Shown: positions 9,615 through 18,197 of the stretch, one piece after another
Position numbering within the stretch: the stretch's first letter is position 1
How the letters are laid out: every line of letters starts with the position of its first letter
DNA from: Alphaproteobacteria bacterium
Lineage (GTDB): Bacteria; Pseudomonadota; Alphaproteobacteria; Paracaedibacterales; VGCI01
Reading direction: 5' to 3'
Assembly (NCBI GenBank): GCA_016869075.1
Contig: VGEY01000002.1
Location: 72,878 to 136,877 of the forward strand
DNA: 64,000 nucleotides
Translations under genes and position numbers: made by a program
The notes under the pieces: model-generated
Told to the model about the DNA's origin: nothing
Seen by the model: only the letters and a program-made list of their open reading frames with translations
The model's database searches: none

Positions 9615-10814
9615 TTAAAATGTCTTGCTAATGCGTAGTGAACCGCCTATATCGCGGAACTTTTTGCTTTGAGCATACACAGCTTCAATACCAGTTTTCC
9701 AGTTGTTGCCAAGATGGCCATTCAATCCAAGACCACCTCCAAAGGTATTATCGCTTCTTTGCTTGTTTGGATTAATCAAAGCAATACCAGCTGCGTTAGG
9801 CGTCACTGTGTCCTGAACTCTTATCTTGGTTGCCCCAAAATCACGAGCATAGAGAACGAAAGCATAAGGCTCTACAGTTGTACTTGCCTTATACCCTGCC
9901 TGTAAGCGTAAGGATAGACGGCTTACATTTGTGTTCTGTGAATTGTAAACTCGTGTAGCTGTTCCTGTTGGGTTACCTGCTGGGTTAAATGCAACCATAC
10001 CATTCTGTTCATTGAATCTCTTTTGCTTATCAGTCACATACAAATAACCAAAGCGCGTTAAGAATGTCCAACGATTGACAAAGTGTTTATAGTTCGCATA
10101 CAGAGATGCGAAGTAGCGATCAGATTTTGGTGAGCTGGTCGCTTTTGGCCCTGATAAAACTGTTCCAGCTAAACCAGGCGTTGTTCGAGAACGACTCTTG
10201 TTAACACGGTTATATCCAAGCACTACATCAAAGTTTAAGCATGGGTTAACTCTAAAGGCGATATAGGGAACGATACCAAAAGCATTATCTCTAATACTGC
10301 CCCTGTTGAACTTTGTATCCCCATTCAAGTTACTGTATGTTAAAGCCGCACCAAGTAGGACCTTTTCATTTACCTTGTGATCATAGCCAAGAGCAAGTGA
10401 CCACAAGTTAGCATTCCATCCACCAAAGGAGTTAATATTGTTCTCTCTGAGGTTATCAATACCTGCGCGTGCCCATAAGCTGCTGCGTTGATCTCCTGGA
10501 CCAGCATTTCCACCCTTAGTTGGCAAAAGTGCTACAGAATTTCCTGTAGGAGTTGATGTAGGATCAAAACGCTCAGTAATTTGCGTCAAAACCATATTAG
10601 TCTGTGCCTCAGCTGCAGCTGTTGCAACACGGCGTTCAGTTACAAGTGTGCTATTTTGCACTGCTGCGGATGCTGTATCAAGATACGATCCTTCACGAAC
10701 ATATCCACCACCTGCAACATAGTCACCCACGTTGTAAGCTAGAGTATTGCTTACTGATAAAAACGCAACCGCACCGAGAGCTATGCGCCTCATATGTTTT
10801 TTAAATGTTATCAT
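9615..10814 (-). CDS. outer-membrane beta-barrel protein, autotransporter beta-domain-like, with a very short passenger
   Basis: Signal peptide (MRRIALGAVAFLSVSNTLA), alternating beta-strand pattern, GYDHKV...LGAALTYS block typical of autotransporter barrels, C-terminal ...LRISKTF. Start set at ATG 10814 (MITFKK), which lies 7 nt after AAGGAG. Confidence 0.7.
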   Translation of the reverse strand: MITFKKHMRRIALGAVAFLSVSNTLAYNVGDYVAGGGYVREGSYLDTASAAVQNSTLVTERRVATAAAEAQTNMVLTQITERFDPTSTPTGNSVALLPTKGGNAGPGDQRSSLWARAGIDNLRENNINSFGGWNANLWSLALGYDHKVNEKVLLGAALTYSNLNGDTKFNRGSIRDNAFGIVPYIAFRVNPCLNFDVVLGYNRVNKSRSRTTPGLAGTVLSGPKATSSPKSDRYFASLYANYKHFVNRWTFLTRFGYLYVTDKQKRFNEQNGMVAFNPAGNPTGTATRVYNSQNTNVSRLSLRLQAGYKASTTVEPYAFVLYARDFGATKIRVQDTVTPNAAGIALINPNKQRSDNTFGGGLGLNGHLGNNWKTGIEAVYAQSKKFRDIGGSLRISKTF

Positions 10815-10978
10815 TATTTTCTCCTTGAATGTAATTCGATTTTTAAATTGCACACTGAATAATAGCGATCAAAGAGGGGAATGAAAACAAGCAAAGTGAG
10901 GGCCTTTAAAAAAGGCACTCAGATGTTACATTATTAGCACATAAAATACTACTCTAGAGAGAATTCATTTTTTATATC

Positions 10979-12148
10979 TCACTCAATAATTGTCGCTGTC
11001 GCGAAAGCAGCCAGGCCTTCCTCTCGACCAATAAATCCTAGGCGCTCTGTCGTGGTTGCTTTTACACTCACTTGGGAGGCATCTAATTCTAAAATTTCAG
11101 CAACTTTGGTTTTCATTTGCGCTCGGTAGGGAGCCACTTTAGGGCCTTCACCCAGTAGAGTTACGTCCACATGAGAAATTTTTCCACCTCTTTCACGCAC
11201 ACGGCGAAGAGCATCCTTCAAGAAAACTGTCGAATCAGCTCCCTTCCATCGTTCATCATTGGGGTTAAAATGCTCCCCAATGTCTCCATCTCCTATGGCT
11301 CCAAGAAGTGCATCTGTTATACAATGCAACCCAACATCTGCGTCCGAATGACCAATGAGAGAAAAATTACACGGAATAAATATTCCTAAAATCGTTACTC
11401 CTTCTCCTGGTGCAATGGCATGCACATCGATCCCATGACCGACACGTATATTTGGAACGACCATTGTTTCTCCTCTCATATCTTCTTTTATTGTGATTTT
11501 ACGGTTAGCTGCTTCACCTTGCACCATGTGAACTGGCATCCCAAGCCGCTCTAAGACGCTGGCATCATCTGTAATATTTTGAAAATCTTTTAAAGAATTA
11601 TAAGCGTTCAAAATTGTTTCGTAATCGAACCCCTGTGGTGTTTGAATGCAATAAATTTCTTTACGTTCAACTGTATTTTGAACACTATTCTGAGTCACCC
11701 GTTTGAGTGTATCCACAACACCAACACCAGGGATCACTGCTTTATGATCGCGCAAAGATCTCAGAACTTGCGTAATGAGGCCTGATGTTACGAAAGGGCG
11801 CGCTCCATCGTGTATGAGAACATAGCGTGGAGTATTGGAAGACAAGCTTTCCAAACCAAGGCGAACAGAATCATATCGTTCTTGCCCCCCCGTTAGAGGA
11901 GGAAGGAGTTTTGTTGAAGAGAAATTATGAGTACACTCCTTATAGAACTTCTCATCACCCTCTCTTATTATAACACGAACAGCATCAACTTCTGGATGAC
12001 GGAGAAATGTTGAAAGTGTTTGTGCAAGTATGGGTCCTTGTTTATGCAAAGATTGATATTGCTTAGGAATAGGACCTCCCACACGCTGACCACGCCCCGC
12101 TGCCATTATGAGAGCAATGGTTTTAAAGGATTTCGAGGAGGTTAACAT
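10979..12148 (-). CDS. ispDF: bifunctional MEP cytidylyltransferase / MEcPP synthase
   Basis: 389 aa. N-terminal IspD (AAGRGQRVGG) fused to C-terminal IspF (RVGHGIDVHA, GHSDADVGLHCITDALLGA). This fusion is typical of alphaproteobacteria. Confidence 0.92.
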   Translation of the reverse strand: MLTSSKSFKTIALIMAAGRGQRVGGPIPKQYQSLHKQGPILAQTLSTFLRHPEVDAVRVIIREGDEKFYKECTHNFSSTKLLPPLTGGQERYDSVRLGLESLSSNTPRYVLIHDGARPFVTSGLITQVLRSLRDHKAVIPGVGVVDTLKRVTQNSVQNTVERKEIYCIQTPQGFDYETILNAYNSLKDFQNITDDASVLERLGMPVHMVQGEAANRKITIKEDMRGETMVVPNIRVGHGIDVHAIAPGEGVTILGIFIPCNFSLIGHSDADVGLHCITDALLGAIGDGDIGEHFNPNDERWKGADSTVFLKDALRRVRERGGKISHVDVTLLGEGPKVAPYRAQMKTKVAEILELDASQVSVKATTTERLGFIGREEGLAAFATATIIE

Positions 12149-12252
12149 AGTATGTTATGAGTGCCTTTTCTATTTTATTAAGGCCTCACTATAAAATTTA
12201 AGTACAAAAAATTCAATGGGTTGATATAAGCCTGTTGCAAAGGTTAATAAAT

Positions 12253-12462
12253 TTAAGAAGGATTTTCTTCGTACTCTACTAATTTTCTCAATTCATTTTT
12301 TAATTCTTGAGAGTTTTCATGGCCATGACTTTTAGATGCATGATATGCAGCAAGGTCGATCAATTTTTCTACCTGATCTTCCGGTGCTGATAATTTAATT
12401 TTACAATTATCTGCAGAAGGATATTTACCACAATCTAAAACAGCCCATCGATTATTTACCAT
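12253..12462 (-). CDS. small DUF1059-like protein
   Basis: 69 aa. A Cys pair followed by a helical H...HGH region (LDCG...NCKIKL...AAYHASKSHGH) resembles DUF1059 small metal-binding proteins. Confidence 0.4.
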   Translation of the reverse strand: MVNNRWAVLDCGKYPSADNCKIKLSAPEDQVEKLIDLAAYHASKSHGHENSQELKNELRKLVEYEENPS

Positions 12463-12553
12463 AAACTTTCTCTCCCTTTTTATAATCGCCCATCTAATTC
12501 AATGATAATGTTAAATTAATAAAAAAATATCAGTTTTGTCTAAACACAATGAG

Positions 12554-13510
12554 TCAAGAGTCTGTCTTGTTTTGCATTGCTAACTTCGCTCTTGGATGGG
12601 CCTTTTCATATACTTTCATGAGACGATCAGTATCCACATCCGTATAAACTTGGGTTGTTGCTAAAGAAGAGTGTCCCAAAAGTTCTTGAATTCCTCTCAA
12701 GTCGCCTGATGCACTCATTAAGTGAGTTGCACAACTGTGGCGTAATGCATGAGGAGTGACTGTTTCAGGTAATCCAATTGTACGTCGATACGTGCGTATG
12801 GATTTTTGCGCAATGGCCGGATTTAATTTTCCACCTTTAGCGCCCATGAATAAAGGACTTTCTGGCATAAAAGCGTAGGGACATAAACGTATATAAACTT
12901 CAAGCGAATGCTTGACGATTGGCAAGATAGGAATGATACGTTCTTTCTTACCCTTTCCATGTACCAATAAAGTATCAGACTTTAAGGGAGCTTGTTTTCG
13001 CGTAAGAGTCAAAGCTTCTCCCAAGCGCAAACCTGCCGAGTAGAGAAGTGTGAAGAGAGCCTGATCTCTCGCCATAATCCAAGGTTCTTTATTTTCGTTA
13101 CTAATTTCTGTGACCAAATTTTGAGCTTGATCAACTGTCAAGGGTCTCGGTAATCCTATTTTGATGCGAGGAGAACGAATACTTGCTAAGCCAGTATTTG
13201 ATGCATACCCTTGCTTGGATAAAAAACGAAAAAAATTCCGAATAACTGATAGTGCTCGCGCCGTAGAACGATGCTCATACCCTTCCTTTGACCGATAAGC
13301 AAGCCAAGCACGAAAGTCTTGTATAGTGAGAGTATGTAATTCTTCAAAAGGAAGCTTTTTATTATAATGATTATTTTGAAATTCTAAAAATTGTTGAAGA
13401 TCTTTTTCATAAGCTTTCACTGTATGAGAAGACATCTTGCGTATATCTTTTAACCAACAAGTCCATTGTATATAAAGAGAGTGATTTGTCATACCCAAGC
13501 ACAATATCAA
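12554..13510 (-). CDS. xerC: site-specific tyrosine recombinase XerC
   Basis: Catalytic region HALRHSCATHLMSASGDLRGIQELLGHSSLATTQVYTDV, with the SGDLRG.QELLGH block of XerC type. N-terminal SAM-like core-binding domain present. Start may lie a few codons inside the track ORF. Confidence 0.75.
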   Translation of the reverse strand: MILCLGMTNHSLYIQWTCWLKDIRKMSSHTVKAYEKDLQQFLEFQNNHYNKKLPFEELHTLTIQDFRAWLAYRSKEGYEHRSTARALSVIRNFFRFLSKQGYASNTGLASIRSPRIKIGLPRPLTVDQAQNLVTEISNENKEPWIMARDQALFTLLYSAGLRLGEALTLTRKQAPLKSDTLLVHGKGKKERIIPILPIVKHSLEVYIRLCPYAFMPESPLFMGAKGGKLNPAIAQKSIRTYRRTIGLPETVTPHALRHSCATHLMSASGDLRGIQELLGHSSLATTQVYTDVDTDRLMKVYEKAHPRAKLAMQNKTDS

Positions 13511-13600
13511 GAGTTATAAAAACCTTACTCGACTATAAACGATTTTCTTAAAGAAAAAACCCCTCCTCCTTTTTTAATAAAGAAGGAACATCTTGAGAGA

Positions 13601-14356
13601 TTAAGCAACTAACGGAATTTCCTGTTGGGGGTTACCCATAAATTGACAATATTGTGGATGATCAAAAGCGTGGTGCACAAAACATTTTGAATACCATTTT
13701 TCACGAAAAGTTTTAGCCAACAAATGGTGTACTGGTGTAATTTTTTTTAATGGAGATAGTTGATTATATTGGACGATGGCAAGATGCTCACCACAATATT
13801 CGTTGGTAAGAGAAATTTCATTTCCCAAAATATCGTCAAAATAACACCGAACGCGTGGAAGTAAATATTTTGAATCAGTTTGAAAAATTTGAAAGGCAGC
13901 TTTGGTAGATGAATACAAATCAAGATCAAAAAGAATGCCCCCTATAGGAGGGGGATTATGCATCTTATAAAAACTTTTAAGTGATTCTTCAACATTTCCT
14001 AAAATGACCTCCGCTAAAGTAAGACGAGAGCGTAGTTTTTCGTAATCCATTTTAAAAAAACCAGGTTGCCATGTCTGTGGAATGTCTCGATAATCAACCA
14101 ATTTTGGAAGTCCTTGGCCTGTATCAAAACCATACACTTTGATTTCAATTTTAAGTTTTTTGGAAAGTATTTTGGCATACTTCTCCAAACAAAGGAGGCC
14201 ATTTCCCCCTGCCACACCAAATTCTATAACACTCACCTTCTTATGACCTAAAAGCAATGCTTGAATTGCTGCTTGGTAGACTGTATAGGCATAATGCGGA
14301 CGTTTAAAAAAGGACAAGAAAAAATGTGACTTATAATTCCAAATTTTTAGACTCAT
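13601..14356 (-). CDS. TylF/MycF-like (Methyltransf_24) putative O-methyltransferase
   Basis: 251 aa. VIEFGVAGGNG resembles the IE.GV..GG SAM-binding motif. FDLDLYSSTKAAF resembles the DGDLYEST block of macrocin-O-methyltransferase-family proteins. Confidence 0.45.
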   Translation of the reverse strand: MSLKIWNYKSHFFLSFFKRPHYAYTVYQAAIQALLLGHKKVSVIEFGVAGGNGLLCLEKYAKILSKKLKIEIKVYGFDTGQGLPKLVDYRDIPQTWQPGFFKMDYEKLRSRLTLAEVILGNVEESLKSFYKMHNPPPIGGILFDLDLYSSTKAAFQIFQTDSKYLLPRVRCYFDDILGNEISLTNEYCGEHLAIVQYNQLSPLKKITPVHHLLAKTFREKWYSKCFVHHAFDHPQYCQFMGNPQQEIPLVA

Positions 14357-14501
14357 GGAAAAAATTACCTATATAGATATCTAAATCTTAGCCAAGGACA
14401 TAGCATATGCCAGAGATGTTTGGACACAAAATTATTTTATAACAGACGATTTATTCTTGTTTTTTTTATATATATTGGAATAATATGACATATTTTAAAG
14501 T

Positions 14502-15476
14502 ATGACGATTCAAATTGGCCCTATTTCCCTCTCAATGCCCGTAATCCTGGCACCCATGTCAGGAGTGACAGACATGCCTTTTCGCCGCCTTGTTAAAAGG
14601 ATGGGGTCTGGTCTAGTTATTTCTGAAATGATAGCCAGTCAAGCTATGATTCGGGAAACACGCCAAAGTTTGAGGATGATTCAAAAATCCCCTGATGAGT
14701 TCCCTATGGCAGTACAGTTGGCTGGATGTGAACCAGAGGTCATGGCCGAAGCAGCCAAGCTCAATGAAGATCGTGGGGCACAGATTATTGATATCAATAT
14801 GGGATGTCCCGTAAAAAAAGTTGTGAATGGATATGCTGGATCTGCCTTAATGCGTGACGAACTTTTGGCGGGACGGATATTAGAGGCGACTGTAAAGTCA
14901 GTCAAATTGCCAGTAACTCTTAAAATGCGCACAGGATGGGACGATACCAATCGCAATGCCCCTCGCCTAGCAAAAATTGCTGAAGAGTGTGGCATTCAAA
15001 TGCTCACCATTCACGGCAGAACACGCTGCCAACTTTACAACGGAACTGCTGATTGGGCGTTTATTGCACAAGTGAAAAATGCTGTCCGCATTCCTGTTAT
15101 AGGCAATGGAGACGTCACAACCTTTGAGGATGCCTCAAATTTATTGCGACAAAGTGGCGCTGATGGAGTTATGATTGGAAGAGGAGCCTATGGGCGCCCT
15201 TGGTTTATAAATCAAGTTGGTCACTATCTAAAAACAGGAGACCGTTTGCCAGAGCCAATTATGGCAGATCAACATCAAATTGTTTTACAGCACTTTGAGG
15301 AAATATTGTCTCATTACGGAGAAACAACTGGCGTAAAGATTGCTCGAAAGCATATAGGATGGTACAGTAAAGGGATTGTTGGATCCTCTGATTTTCGTGC
15401 AGCCGTAAGTCAGGTAGAGTCTGCCACAGATATGAGGGTTAAAATTAACGAGTTTTATCGTCCACTATATACTTAG
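14502..15476 (+). CDS. dusB: tRNA-dihydrouridine synthase B
   Basis: 324 aa. [23 protein letters not shown] and GNGD motifs of Dus (NifR3) enzymes. Confidence 0.9.
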   Translation: MTIQIGPISLSMPVILAPMSGVTDMPFRRLVKRMGSGLVISEMIASQAMIRETRQSLRMIQKSPDEFPMAVQLAGCEPEVMAEAAKLNEDRGAQIIDINMGCPVKKVVNGYAGSALMRDELLAGRILEATVKSVKLPVTLKMRTGWDDTNRNAPRLAKIAEECGIQMLTIHGRTRCQLYNGTADWAFIAQVKNAVRIPVIGNGDVTTFEDASNLLRQSGADGVMIGRGAYGRPWFINQVGHYLKTGDRLPEPIMADQHQIVLQHFEEILSHYGETTGVKIARKHIGWYSKGIVGSSDFRAAVSQVESATDMRVKINEFYRPLYT

Positions 15477-15499
15477 TTTTTGTAAGGTATTCATATTCA

Positions 15500-15781
15500 A
15501 TGTCACAGCAAACACAGATAAAATCCACCCACTCACCAAAGGCTGGTCTTTCAGGAGCGGTTGAATCATTTTTGAAGAATTATTTCACAGCTCATGAAGG
15601 GGATCTTCCAACAACAGGTCTTTATGATCGCGTTATACAAGAAGTAGAACGCCCCCTCATTCAAGCAACCTTAAAAGCAGTCATGGGTAATCAGAAGAAA
15701 GCAGCAGAAATTTTAGGAATTAATAGAAATACGTTACGTAAAAAACTCACTCAACTGAAAATAAATGTGCGAGATAATTAG
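15500..15781 (+). CDS. Fis-type helix-turn-helix DNA-binding protein (stand-alone)
   Basis: 93 aa. FLKNYF...GLYDRVIQEVERPLIQATLKAVMGNQKKAAEILGINRNTLRKKL is colinear with Fis and with the C-terminal domain of NtrC. Confidence 0.75.
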   Translation: MSQQTQIKSTHSPKAGLSGAVESFLKNYFTAHEGDLPTTGLYDRVIQEVERPLIQATLKAVMGNQKKAAEILGINRNTLRKKLTQLKINVRDN

Positions 15782-15939
15782 GAATAGCACACTTAATGAA
15801 CTCTGATGATGCTTCAATCCTTTTTTATGCACACAATACTATTGACATCTTTCATACAGAAGTTCTTTCTCTTCTTAAGCTAATATCTTACAATCAACTT
15901 AAACGGCTGTATTAAACACAGGAGTTATTCCTAAATTTT

Positions 15940-18180
15940 ATGCCAACACCAACCCCTTTTGTTCAAAAAATATCTTTAGCCTTTGTTCGCTTCGCGCAAG
16001 ACTATACTCTTTCACGTCGTTTAGCAGCAGGACTAAGCATTGCCGCATTTTTATCTGTGGTAGCAACTTTCATAGTTCTAACAGGCGCAAAGCCTTTTAC
16101 CGATAAATCTACGCAAGTTTTGCCATTCATTTACTTAGACTTAACCCTCATGTTGCTTTTAGCAGTAATTATTGCCAAACGTTTGGTCGAGTTATGGGTT
16201 GAAAGACGGCGCGGTCTTGCAGGGTCTAAACTTCATGTTCAAATAGTTGGACTGTTCTCCCTTATTACCATCATTCCGGCAATCCTTGTGGCCGGATTTG
16301 CAGCAATTTTTATTAATATTGGCGTACAATCATGGTTCGGAGAACCTGTTCGAGCAGCTCTTTCAGAAGCAAAAGAAGTTGCCGATTCTTACCTCAAAGA
16401 ACATAAGCAAACTATTAAGCATGATGCATTGGATATTGTCCGTGAGCTTTTACCCGAAGTGGTGAGCTTAGTTAACAATCCAAAAGTATTTTCACGCATT
16501 CTAACTGATCAGGGGTATGCACGTCGATTAAGTGAAGTTGTTGTTTTAAATGGTAACAAGCAGGTTCTAGCCCGCTCATTTTTAGCATTTTCTTTTGAAT
16601 TTGAAAATTTGGATCTAGACCAAGCCATAAATGATGTTCAATCAGGTGAAAAAGTAGCTTTCTTGGCAGACCTTGGAAAAGAATCTATTGATAGAGTTCG
16701 TGTATTGGTACGCTTAGATCCATTAACAGATACCTATCTTTATGTCGGAAAACTAACAGACAAAGCTGTGTTAAAGCATGTTGCGCGCACAGAAGGCGCT
16801 ATAAAGGAATATGATCGTTTAGGTGAGCAAAGTACTTCTTTACAACTGACTTTTATTTTATTTTTTGCAGCCATAACACTCTTACTATTATTGGTCGCCA
16901 TTTGGGGAGGGTTAACGATTGCAAACCTCTTGATACGTCCTATTACACGTTTAATTGTTGCTGCAAAACAAGTAAGTCAGGGGGATCTAACCGTGCAAGT
17001 AAGTACGGATGGATCTTCAAATAACGAGCTTGGAAACTTAGCACAAGCATTTAACCGAATGACCTCACAACTTAATTCGCAACGTGAAGATCTTATTAAT
17101 GCCAATACTCAAATTGACCGACGACGCGAATTTATAGAAACGGTATTAGCTCAAATTTCAGCTGGTGTCATTCGTTTAGATGAAAAGCGCCGCTTAGACC
17201 TTGTAAATCAACGTGCTGCAACTCTTTTATCAGTCACTATTGAAAAAATAAAAGGGAAAAAATTGAGTACTGTCGCAGATGAGTTGATTCCCCTTTTAGA
17301 TAAAGCTGATAGCCTGGCTCTCCATCAATTAAATGAGCAAGTAACCCTTGTGAGGCGTGGAATCGCTTGTATTTTACAAGTCTCTGTTATCGTCCAACAC
17401 GTGCAGGAGGTCACCAAAGGATATGTCATAACATTCGATGATGTGACTGCACTTGTGGTAGCTCAGAGAAAAGCAGCGTGGTCCGATGTCGCGCGCCGCA
17501 TCGCCCATGAAATTAAAAACCCTCTGACTCCTATCCAATTATCCGCGGAACGTTTGAAGCGACGCTATTTGAAGGAAATTACCTCTGACCCTCAAACATT
17601 TCAAACTTGTATTGAAACGATCGTGCGTCAAGTAGGCCAAATTGGAAACCTAATCACTGAGTTTTCCTCTTTCGCCAGGATGCCTAATCCTATTATGAAA
17701 GAAGAGGATATAGCAGAAATTTGCCGTCAATCTGTCTTTTTGCAAAAGCAAGCTCGTCCCTTTATAGCGTTTGAGTTGCAAATCCCAGATTATTCGGTTA
17801 TGGTACGGTGTGATGCACAACAAATAAGTCAATTATTAACAAATTTATTACAAAATTCTTTTAATGCATTAGAGGCTTATTATTCACTTAATACGACAGG
17901 AGCAGAGGCACTTTCACCTGCTAAAATTTGCTTAACTCTTGAAGTGTATGACGAAAATGTTCTACTTATTGTTGAGGACAATGGTCCAGGTTTTCCGAAA
18001 GAAGGGCGAGAGCTTTTAACAGAGCCCTATTTTACAACACATACAAAAGGGACTGGTCTTGGGCTAGCAATTGTTGCTAAAATTGTCGAAGATCATCGTG
18101 GTAAGTTAGAATTAGGTGATAGTTCTATGGGGGGTGCAAAAGTTACGATTGTGTTACCAATTTCCCATGATAATAACTAG
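15940..18180 (+). CDS. ntrY: sensor histidine kinase NtrY
   Basis: 746 aa. N-terminal TM helices, HAMP, PAS, HisKA (AHEIKNPLTPIQL) and HATPase (DNGPGF, GTGLGLAIV). Followed directly by ntrX. Confidence 0.88.
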   Translation: MPTPTPFVQKISLAFVRFAQDYTLSRRLAAGLSIAAFLSVVATFIVLTGAKPFTDKSTQVLPFIYLDLTLMLLLAVIIAKRLVELWVERRRGLAGSKLHVQIVGLFSLITIIPAILVAGFAAIFINIGVQSWFGEPVRAALSEAKEVADSYLKEHKQTIKHDALDIVRELLPEVVSLVNNPKVFSRILTDQGYARRLSEVVVLNGNKQVLARSFLAFSFEFENLDLDQAINDVQSGEKVAFLADLGKESIDRVRVLVRLDPLTDTYLYVGKLTDKAVLKHVARTEGAIKEYDRLGEQSTSLQLTFILFFAAITLLLLLVAIWGGLTIANLLIRPITRLIVAAKQVSQGDLTVQVSTDGSSNNELGNLAQAFNRMTSQLNSQREDLINANTQIDRRREFIETVLAQISAGVIRLDEKRRLDLVNQRAATLLSVTIEKIKGKKLSTVADELIPLLDKADSLALHQLNEQVTLVRRGIACILQVSVIVQHVQEVTKGYVITFDDVTALVVAQRKAAWSDVARRIAHEIKNPLTPIQLSAERLKRRYLKEITSDPQTFQTCIETIVRQVGQIGNLITEFSSFARMPNPIMKEEDIAEICRQSVFLQKQARPFIAFELQIPDYSVMVRCDAQQISQLLTNLLQNSFNALEAYYSLNTTGAEALSPAKICLTLEVYDENVLLIVEDNGPGFPKEGRELLTEPYFTTHTKGTGLGLAIVAKIVEDHRGKLELGDSSMGGAKVTIVLPISHDNN

Positions 18181-18197
18181 AGAAGTAGAGCAATGGC

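Noticed and set aside
12554-13510. Tyrosine recombinase as a possible marker of an integrated mobile element
   Set aside because: The catalytic region matches chromosomal XerC (SGDLRG.QELLGH). No tRNA target, direct repeats, or phage or conjugation genes flank it, and the neighbours are housekeeping genes.
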